From: Clostridia bacterium
GTDB lineage: Bacteria > Bacillota > Clostridia > Oscillospirales > CAG-272
Direction: 5' to 3'
Assembly: GCA_017501225.1 (NCBI GenBank)
Contig: JAFVXH010000019.1
Span: 266,666 to 330,665, forward strand
DNA: 64,000 bases
Shown in pieces: positions 57,508 through 64,000 of this stretch (the first letter of the stretch is position 1; each line of letters begins with the position of its first letter). The position numbers and the translations under genes were made by a program. The notes beneath the pieces were generated by a model. It saw only the letters and a list, made by a program, of their open reading frames with translations, searched no databases and had not been told where the DNA came from.

Positions 57508-58991
57508 CCGTAGTATCCTCCGGGTGGTAGCGTCTTACACCGCCGCGTGCCGCATACTTTTTCTCCTGCTCCTGCTCGCGCTTCGTGTACTTCTCGTTAC
57601 GGTTGACCGCCTTGAAGGGAGTCGCAAGCAAAATGCGCATATCGAGCCAGAAGGTCCAGTTCTCAATATAGTTGATGTCCTCGTCAATGCGCGCCTGAAT
57701 GGAGGTATCCCCGCGCAAGCCCTTGATCTGAGCAAGCCCCGTAATACCCGGGCGCAGGGTGTGCTTGAGCATATAAAGCGGCACGCTTTTCTTGAAAATG
57801 TTGACGTAATAAGGAACCTCGGGACGCGGTCCCCAGACTCATATCTCCTTTTAGCACGTTGAAGAACTGCGGCAGCTCATCCAAAGCAAATTTGCGGATA
57901 AAGGAACCGAACTTGGTGGTTCTGGGATCGCTTCCCGTCGACCAGCCCGTTTGCTGCTTGTCATTGACGCGCATCGAGCGGAATTTATACATCGTAAACT
58001 CCTTATTATTCCGTCCCACACGAATCTGCTTGAACAGAATCGGGCCGGGAGAAGAAAGGCGAACGCCGATGGCAGTAAAGATCATCAAGGGAGAGGTCAG
58101 GACAATCAGCGCCAGGGATCCAACGATGTCCAGCGTGCGCTTGAGCGCGCGGTTGGAAACGCTGTCCAGCGGTGTGCTGCGAATATCGATCAGGGGCAGG
58201 TTCCCCATAACGGTGATCTGTCTGGGCGATTTGAAATATCCGCAGACGGCGGGAACCACGAACACCTTGGTGCAATGGTTGTTACAGATCGAAATATACT
58301 TGGTAATCAGACGCTTACGGACGGTATCGAACGCGACTACGACCTCGTCGGGACGGTATTCGCGCAGGATCCTATCCAGATCTCCCGTCGTTCCGACGTG
58401 CGGAAGCCCTACGACACTGAGGTTTCCAACGTATCCGATCACCTCGTAGCCGTAATGCGGATTATTCAGGATCTCCTCCATAAAGGCATCGGTCATTTCC
58501 TGACTGTCGGTCACCAAGAGGATATGCTTGATGTTTCTTCGATTGTGACGAAGACCGCGCAGGACCGTGATCTCGACCGTTTTCTTTGCCATCATGGTAA
58601 TGGCGCTCAGCACATAAGAGGTAATGAACCAGTTGGTGAAGTATGCCGACTGATTCTCATCCTCGCAAAAATACGCGATCAGCGGAAATGCGATACCGAG
58701 CAGTACCATGTTGATCAGGAAAATGCGACTGGTAAAGAACAGAAGGCGTCTTGTACGCATCTGCGCGTACACGTTATAATAGTTATACAAAAAAGAAAGC
58801 ACCAGCGACAGAATCGCGATGATGAAAAGCGCCTTGTTCTGGTTGAATTGGTAAACGCGATAGTATATGAAATCCGAAATCCTGAAGCAAATATAAAAGA
58901 TTGCGAAATTCAAGGTATAATCCAGGATTCTGTTCAGGGATAGCAGTAGATACTTATAATCCCTTTTGGAATCCATTTCGGGCTGATTCAT
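57494..58991 (-). pseudogene. Undecaprenyl-phosphate sugar phosphotransferase (WbaP/CpsE-like bacterial sugar transferase) interrupted by a frameshift
   Basis: ORF 57684..58991 carries the TM region and ...FRSMRVN...[16 protein letters not shown], then goes out of frame. ORF 57494..57784 and its upstream extension read [42 protein letters not shown]...[12 protein letters not shown]. The break is at the C4 run 57831-57834, inside the conserved GDMSLVGPRP motif. Confidence 0.85.
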
Positions 58992-59039
58992 AGTGTCCTC
59001 CTTACAATCGGCAACTGCCTATTTACATCCATTATCAGT

Positions 59040-59068
59040 ATTTTACCACATTTTCTCTCAAAATGCAA
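59040..59068 (-). promoter_or_regulatory. Sigma-A type promoter of the glycan operon
   Basis: On the minus strand: TTGCAT (59068-59063), 17 nt, then TGgTAAAAT with -10 at 59045-59040. AAGGAGG RBS before ATG 58991. Confidence 0.55.
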
Positions 59069-59080
59069 CCTTTGCGTGCA

Positions 59081-59126
59081 AAAAAGCAAAAAGAAATACC
59101 GACTTGCTTTTACAAGTCGGTATTTC
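59081..59126 (-). terminator. Intrinsic terminator after prs
   Basis: AAATACCGACTTG (59094-59106) pairs with AAGTCGGTATTT (59114-59125). A long U-tract follows on the minus strand. Confidence 0.8.
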
Positions 59127-59147
59127 ACAAATCAATTCAAAGCAGGA

Positions 59148-60302
59148 TCAATCCTCTTCAAAGTTCATTTTGATCTGCGCAGCAAGCTCCTTGCGGTGCT
59201 TGTCCATCAGAGCGTCGATACGCTTGACGGGATTGAGGAGCGAGCTGATGGTGGAATCGTTGTTGAGCGTGTCGATCAGGTATGCCACGTATTTGCACAT
59301 ATTGACCTCAACGAACCACTCCTTCGTCGCAAGCTCGGGACAGCGGTAAACCAGGTTGGTGCAGAAGACACGGTCAATGGTGCCTGCCTTGAATGCCTGA
59401 TCGAACTTATCGCATCCGTCGGTGAACAGACCGAAGGTTGCAAAGCAGAATACGCGCTCAGCGCCCTTTTCCTTGAGCTGTGCGCAAACGTCGAGCATGG
59501 ATTCGCCCGAGGAGATCATATCGTCGATGACGATCACGTCCTTGCCGTGCAGATCCTGACCGAGATACTCGTGCGCCTCAATGGGATTGCGTCCGTTGAT
59601 GACGATGGAATAGTTTCTGCGCTTGTAGAACATACCGATATCAAGTCCCAAGACCGAGCTGTAATACATGCAGCGCGCCATGGCACCCTCGTCGGGAGAA
59701 ATGATGGCAAGGTGATCCTTGTCGATCTGAACGTCCGGCACAGCACGGACGAGCGCCTTGATCATCTGATATGTGGGGCGAACGTTGTCAAAGCCCGAGA
59801 GCGGAATTGCGTTGGAGATACGGGAATCGTGGGCGTCAAAGGTGATGATGTTGTAAACGCCCATATTAACAAGCTCCTGAAGCATCAGGGCGCAGTCAAG
59901 AGATTCACGGCTGGTTCTTTTGTGCTGTCTGCCCTCGTAGAGCATCGGCATGATCACGGTAATGCGGCGCGCCTTACCCGCGATTGCAGCAATGATGCGC
60001 TTCAGATCCGCATAATGATCGTCGGGACTCATGGGAACCGACATTCCGTACATCTTGTAGGTGACACCGTAATTGAAGGGATCGCAAATGATATAAATAT
60101 CCTTGGCACGGGCGGATTCGCGGATAATACCCTTACCCTCACCGGTACCGAAGCGGGGGCAATCTGCCTCCAGAAGGAAGGAGTCCTCCTCCGAGGTTCC
60201 GTGTCTGCGCCAATCCTTGAGGTAGTAGTCGACCCTTCTTGCAAAGTCCTCGCACCCCTTCATGGCAATCACTGCAAGCTCACTGCGTTGATGTCCCTTC
60301 AT
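59148..60302 (-). CDS. prs: Ribose-phosphate pyrophosphokinase family protein (long, 384-aa form)
   Basis: PRPP-synthetase pattern: ITVIMPMLYEGRQHKR, ITFDAHD, and PRPP loop VIVIDDMISSGESM. The extra C-terminal length relative to classical Prs is noted. Confidence 0.82.
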   Translation of the reverse strand: MKGHQRSELAVIAMKGCEDFARRVDYYLKDWRRHGTSEEDSFLLEADCPRFGTGEGKGIIRESARAKDIYIICDPFNYGVTYKMYGMSVPMSPDDHYADLKRIIAAIAGKARRITVIMPMLYEGRQHKRTSRESLDCALMLQELVNMGVYNIITFDAHDSRISNAIPLSGFDNVRPTYQMIKALVRAVPDVQIDKDHLAIISPDEGAMARCMYYSSVLGLDIGMFYKRRNYSIVINGRNPIEAHEYLGQDLHGKDVIVIDDMISSGESMLDVCAQLKEKGAERVFCFATFGLFTDGCDKFDQAFKAGTIDRVFCTNLVYRCPELATKEWFVEVNMCKYVAYLIDTLNNDSTISSLLNPVKRIDALMDKHRKELAAQIKMNFEED

Positions 60303-60432
60303 AGTAGCCTCCGTTGTTATATATTATTTTTCAATTTTCCCCAATCCCGACTGCATTCTGTAAGAAGCAGAGGTCTGACAGGTAACTCTTTGTCAGTACG
60401 CCGTGAAAATCCATGAATTTTCCGACGAATTC

Positions 60433-60461
60433 ATTATATCACAAACCTCGCGCGGTTGTAT
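60433..60461 (-). promoter_or_regulatory. Extended -10 promoter upstream of prs (about 125-nt leader)
   Basis: On the minus strand: TGaTATAAT (-10 at 60438-60433), with a weak -35 ATACAA (60461-60456). Confidence 0.4.
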
Positions 60462-60548
60462 GAATAAAATGTGAACGAAGCAACGAAATTCTGCACAAAA
60501 AATGCAATTTAGACAGTCAAAATTGATCAAATTATCAAAAAGCCGAAA

Positions 60549-61496
60549 TCAATCCACGCGGTTGCGTCGCTCCCCTGCCAGAAACGCACGGATATTCTCT
60601 GCCATTTCCTCCAGCAGTCGCACACGCGTTTCATATCCGCCCCAAGCCATATGCGGCGTCAGACACGCGTTCTCGCACCCAAGGAGCGCATAGAAGGGAT
60701 GATCCTTTCCAAAGGGCTCTGCGCTGTAAACGTCGATTCCAAGTCCTCCGATCCGTTTCTCTATCAGTGCCTTCGCAAGAGCCTTTTCATCCGTCACGGC
60801 ACCGCGCGCGACGTTGATGACAATGGCATCGCGCTTGAGCATGGCAATATGCTCGGCATCCAACAGGTTCCTCGTCTGTTCAGTCAGAGGAGTATGGATG
60901 GAAATGATGTCACACTCGCGGCAAATCCTTTCCAGATCCACGCATTCCCAGCCCTCAATCGGGGTGCGCTTATTGACAAGAACGTGACAGCCCAGCGCAC
61001 GCGCAACGGCTCCGACCTGTCCTCCAATGTTTCCAAATCCGATGATTCCCCATGTTTTACCCGCAATCTCGTGATAGGTGGGCGTCAGGCAATTGGGAAT
61101 TCCGCGCGCGGTGTACGCGCCGCTCTTGACGACTCTTTCGTATTCGGGCAGATGTGTCAGCAAGGAAAGCGCCATTGCCACCGTCACCTGCGCAACGCTT
61201 TGCGTCGAATAGCCCACGACGTTGCAGACAGCGATCCCGCGCTCGCGGCAAAACTCCAGGTCGATATTGTCAAAGCCCGTGGCAGCCACGCAGATCAGGC
61301 GTAAATCAGACGCCTTTGCAAGGTTTGCGCGGTTGAGCTTAACCTTGTTCAAAAGAAGGACCTCCGCACCCTTGACGTGGTCTGCGACCTCCTCCTGAGA
61401 GGTGCTTTGCAGCACGGTCACCTCCCCGAACTGCGAAAAAATATCCATCGAGATATCATCTCCAAGCGTTGCGGCATCCAAAACGGTAATTCGCAT
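60549..61496 (-). CDS. D-isomer-specific 2-hydroxyacid dehydrogenase (glycerate/hydroxypyruvate reductase-like)
   Basis: 315-aa ORF with NAD motif GIIGFGNIGGQVG and the catalytic RG...E...H pattern (NVARGAVTDEKAL ... TPHMAWG). Confidence 0.88.
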   Translation of the reverse strand: MRITVLDAATLGDDISMDIFSQFGEVTVLQSTSQEEVADHVKGAEVLLLNKVKLNRANLAKASDLRLICVAATGFDNIDLEFCRERGIAVCNVVGYSTQSVAQVTVAMALSLLTHLPEYERVVKSGAYTARGIPNCLTPTYHEIAGKTWGIIGFGNIGGQVGAVARALGCHVLVNKRTPIEGWECVDLERICRECDIISIHTPLTEQTRNLLDAEHIAMLKRDAIVINVARGAVTDEKALAKALIEKRIGGLGIDVYSAEPFGKDHPFYALLGCENACLTPHMAWGGYETRVRLLEEMAENIRAFLAGERRNRVD

Positions 61497-61530
61497 ATCG
61501 ATCTCCTATCCTTTGTCGGTTTCTGTCTTC

Positions 61531-61559
61531 AGTATATCCTAAAAATCTTTTTCCGTCAA
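61531..61559 (-). promoter_or_regulatory. Sigma-A type promoter of the 2-hydroxyacid dehydrogenase gene
   Basis: On the minus strand: TTGACG (61559-61554), 17 nt, TATACT (61536-61531). Confidence 0.55.
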
Positions 61560-61619
61560 GTATCTACCAAGTAAAAAGAGAAAAAAAGCGCAAAGGATCA
61601 AATATTTGAAAAAAAGACT

Positions 61620-61660
61620 TGAAAAAGCAGGAGTCATCATATATAATAAAAGCGGATACG
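61620..61660 (+). promoter_or_regulatory. Sigma-A type promoter of ireB-ribF, with the CGGATA motif
   Basis: TTGAAA (61620-61625), 17 nt, TATAAT (61643-61648), then AAAAGCGGATAC (61649-61660). Confidence 0.6.
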
Positions 61661-61688
61661 TGGAATTTCAAAAAAGGAGGTTTTCTCC

Positions 61689-61934
61689 ATGAGTGAAGAA
61701 CAAAAGACTCCGGATGTGGCAACCGAGCCCGAAGCATTGCGCGACATTCTCTTGCAGGTCTATCAAACCCTGAACGAAAAGGGATACAATCCCATCGGGC
61801 AGATCGTAGGCTATCTGCTCTCCGAGGACCCGACCTATATTACCAACTGCAACAACGCACGCGCGCTCATCCGTAAAATCGACAGAGATGAGCTGATGGC
61901 GGAGCTGGTCAAGAATTATCTGAATCTGGATTAA
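61689..61934 (+). CDS. ireB: IreB family regulatory phosphoprotein (UPF0297/DUF965)
   Basis: 81-aa ORF after [53 protein letters not shown] is the UPF0297 core. Confidence 0.9.
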   Translation: MSEEQKTPDVATEPEALRDILLQVYQTLNEKGYNPIGQIVGYLLSEDPTYITNCNNARALIRKIDRDELMAELVKNYLNLD

Positions 61935-61935
61935 T

Positions 61936-62862
61936 ATGCAAGCACCGCTTCTTTGTATTTCGTTGAAGGATGGGGCTGTCATTCCCACTCCCCCATCCCT
62001 GATCCTGTGCCTTGGAAACTTTGACGGATTGCACGTAGCACACCGTCAGCTTCTGGCACGCGCAAAAAAACTCCGTGACAGTCGGTTTCCGAGTGCGGTA
62101 TGCGGAGTTTTTTGCTTTTCTCAACCTCCGCTTGAGGTTTTGAATCAGCACGCCCCCGCACAGCTCTTTACCACAGAGCAAAAGCTCGCCGCTTTTTCGG
62201 AGGCAGGCATGGAGGTTGCGATCCTTGCGGATTTTTCCGCGCTCCGCGATCTGACACCAAAGGCTTTTGTCAAGGAGATCCTGTTAGAGCAATGCCACAC
62301 CGTTGCCGCCGTTTGCGGCTTTAACTATCATTTTGGAAAAGGTGGCGTGGGGGACGCTTCCCTGCTTTCCTCGCTACTCGATACCGTCGAGGTCGTGCAG
62401 GAGGTGCCCGGTGTGAGCTCCTCTCTGATCCGTTCCCTTTTGTATGAGGGAAAAATCGAGCAGGCGAACGCCCTACTGACAAGGCCCTATTCCCTTTGCG
62501 CGCCCGTCGTTCACGGAAAAGGCCTTGGGAGAAATCTGGGTACTCCGACCGTCAATCAACAATTTCCGAAATCGCTTCTCATCCCACGCCACGGCGTCTA
62601 TCTGACCTCGTGCCAAATTGGAGAAGCCTCCTATTTCGGAATTTCCAACGTCGGTGTCCGTCCAACCGTAGACCAAGACGGTGTTGCCAATTGCGAAACC
62701 TATCTGTTTGATTTTGACGGAACGCTTTACGGCAAGGAGCTTACCGTTTGCTTTCTCAAATTCTTACGTCCCGAACAGAAATTCTCCTCCAAGGAGGAGC
62801 TGATGGCGCAAATTCAAAAGGACATCGAACAAGCCGAAAAGGCGCTGAAAGAGCTAAAATAA
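61936..62862 (+). CDS. ribF: Bifunctional riboflavin kinase / FMN adenylyltransferase
   Basis: 308-aa ORF starting 1 nt after the ireB stop. FAD synthetase motif LGNFDGLHVAH and the riboflavin kinase part GKGLGRNLGTPTVN...GVY...ETYLFDF. Confidence 0.92.
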   Translation: MQAPLLCISLKDGAVIPTPPSLILCLGNFDGLHVAHRQLLARAKKLRDSRFPSAVCGVFCFSQPPLEVLNQHAPAQLFTTEQKLAAFSEAGMEVAILADFSALRDLTPKAFVKEILLEQCHTVAAVCGFNYHFGKGGVGDASLLSSLLDTVEVVQEVPGVSSSLIRSLLYEGKIEQANALLTRPYSLCAPVVHGKGLGRNLGTPTVNQQFPKSLLIPRHGVYLTSCQIGEASYFGISNVGVRPTVDQDGVANCETYLFDFDGTLYGKELTVCFLKFLRPEQKFSSKEELMAQIQKDIEQAEKALKELK

Positions 62863-62883
62863 ATATAAAAGGAGGAACACACG

Positions 62884-64000
62884 ATGCAACGCAGAGATCA
62901 TTTACGCACAGTCTTATGCATCCTGCTGTCGCTCCTTTTTGTCTTCCCTTTATTTGTGATCCCCATCGGCGCCGCGCAGGAATCCCCCTCCACCGCGGAG
63001 GCAACGGCTGTCTACTTTTATCATCTGCAAACGGGGGAAGCCGTGCTTGCAAAGAACGAAAGCACGCCATTGCCGGCAGGTCCTACGGTCAAGCTGTTGG
63101 CGGGACTGATCTTTTGTGAGGAGTACCGCTACCGCTTGAACGAATCCGTGGAGGTCACCGATGCCATGAAAAAAGGGGTGGCGGGATATCAGCTCAAAAT
63201 CAAAACCGGCGACACTCTCAGCATCGAGCAGCTTCTTTACGCTGCGATCTGCGGCAGCTACAACGATGCCTATTATATCCTTGCAAATCATCTTTCGGGA
63301 AGCATTGCCGGCTTTTCCGCGCGAATGAATCAGCGCGCCGGGGAGCTTGGAGTTCTTCATTCCTCCTTTGTAGAGCCTACCGGTGTAGAGGATGCCTCGA
63401 TTGCCACGGCAACCGATCTTTCCAAAATCGCGCTCGCGGCTTATCAGAACGAGCTGTATATGAAGATCTGTACGACGCCTCGCTATCAGATGCCGGAAAC
63501 GCTTTATCTGGACTCCTTCCTCATCTCGAACCGAAACGCTCTCATCACCTCCACGAGCACCACGAAATACTATAATGCCAAGTGCCGCGGTATGGTCGCG
63601 GGCTCTACGAGCGTCGCAGGAAGCTGCGTCATCACGGTCGCATCCCACAAAGGACATGAATACATTTCTATCGTCATGGGCGCAAAGGAAACTGCCGAAA
63701 GCAACGGAGCGTACCTTTTGACCAACCGTCTGGTTGATTGGATCTATCGCAGCTACGGAGAAGTAGAGATCCTTTCCCCGGACACCGTGCTTTGCAAGAT
63801 CCCTATTATGCTTTCCTTGATGACGACCGAGATCGGGATCGGCGTCAAAGAGCCCGTAACCGCTTATCTGCCGCTCGGTCTTGACCTGGAAAAAGACATT
63901 ACCTACAGCATCCGTCTGGAGCATACTTCTCTGGAGGCTCCCGTCACGGAAGGGCTCTTCGTCGGATACGTTGCGATCCTCTACGAGGGAAAGCTTCTGG
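62884..64000 (+). CDS. PBP5/DacB-like D-Ala-D-Ala carboxypeptidase homologue lacking catalytic motifs (3' end leaves the window)
   Basis: Absent from the ORF track because it runs off the edge. ATG 62884 after AAAGGAGG gives MQRRDHLRTVLCILLSLLFVFPLF... (signal/TM). It aligns to the DacB at 42677-43888, but SxxK is PAGPTVK, KTG is VAG (GMVAGSTSVAG), and only SYN (SxN) remains. The listed minus ORF 62950..63924 is its shadow. Confidence 0.8.
   Translation, partial: MQRRDHLRTVLCILLSLLFVFPLFVIPIGAAQESPSTAEATAVYFYHLQTGEAVLAKNESTPLPAGPTVKLLAGLIFCEEYRYRLNESVEVTDAMKKGVAGYQLKIKTGDTLSIEQLLYAAICGSYNDAYYILANHLSGSIAGFSARMNQRAGELGVLHSSFVEPTGVEDASIATATDLSKIALAAYQNELYMKICTTPRYQMPETLYLDSFLISNRNALITSTSTTKYYNAKCRGMVAGSTSVAGSCVITVASHKGHEYISIVMGAKETAESNGAYLLTNRLVDWIYRSYGEVEILSPDTVLCKIPIMLSLMTTEIGIGVKEPVTAYLPLGLDLEKDITYSIRLEHTSLEAPVTEGLFVGYVAILYEGKLL

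Noticed and set aside
1-64000. CRISPR arrays, tRNA/rRNA genes, transposases, integrases, prophage or known defence-system genes, and large structured ncRNAs.
   Set aside because: I found none. There are no direct-repeat arrays, no tRNA-like T-arm/acceptor patterns in the gaps, and no recombinase, RT or nuclease-NTPase defence signatures. Every non-coding gap is under about 250 nt. A tRNAscan/Infernal/defence-HMM run would be the decisive check.

Overview
This is a 64-kb chromosomal segment from a Gram-positive anaerobe. AGGAGG-type RBSs, sigma-A promoters with 17-nt spacers and spore-cortex/cell-wall genes suggest Clostridia, perhaps Oscillospiraceae-like; that assignment is inference only. 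I call 56 protein-coding genes, tightly packed on both strands and often overlapping by 4-14 nt in operons. I saw no rRNA, tRNA, CRISPR array, transposase, integrase or phage genes. Every intergenic gap is under about 250 nt, so no large ncRNA fits.

Content is mostly housekeeping:
- an OmpR-type two-component system co-operonic with rlmA-like and GT2 genes
- addB-addA
- an M18 aminopeptidase-DUF1846-DUF2974 operon
- two tandem NodB deacetylases
- ApgM-like, lepB, rbgA, rnhB, yraN, an M19 dipeptidase and thrC
- tig-clpP-clpX
- a MutS-core ATPase, a MATE pump, an M14 peptidase and a DUF362 protein
- topB, pgi, a D-Ala-D-Ala carboxypeptidase (PBP5/DacB type), and a nucleotidyltransferase-galE-galM operon
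- a Crp/Fnr regulator followed by a NitT/TauT-type ABC importer
- proBAC, a YkpA-like ABC-F ATPase, a three-gene glycan locus, prs, a 2-hydroxyacid dehydrogenase, and ireB-ribF

I could not find a convincing new multi-gene system; this looks like core genome. The points most worth a second look are:
- two genes broken by frameshifts at short homopolymers (the ABC-F ATPase and the priming sugar transferase of the glycan operon)
- a PBP5-like paralogue lacking the catalytic Ser and KTG motif, downstream of ireB-ribF
- a divergent pair of a degenerate UxaC-like protein and a MutS-core ATPase
- an orphan 135-aa P-loop protein with its own promoter and terminator
- a perfect 16-bp CRP-architecture palindrome on the Crp/Fnr gene promoter
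- an unlisted 58-aa Cys-rich DUF1540 gene
- a CGGATA hexamer at the same register in three promoters

All homology statements come from reading motifs by eye. No database search was run.
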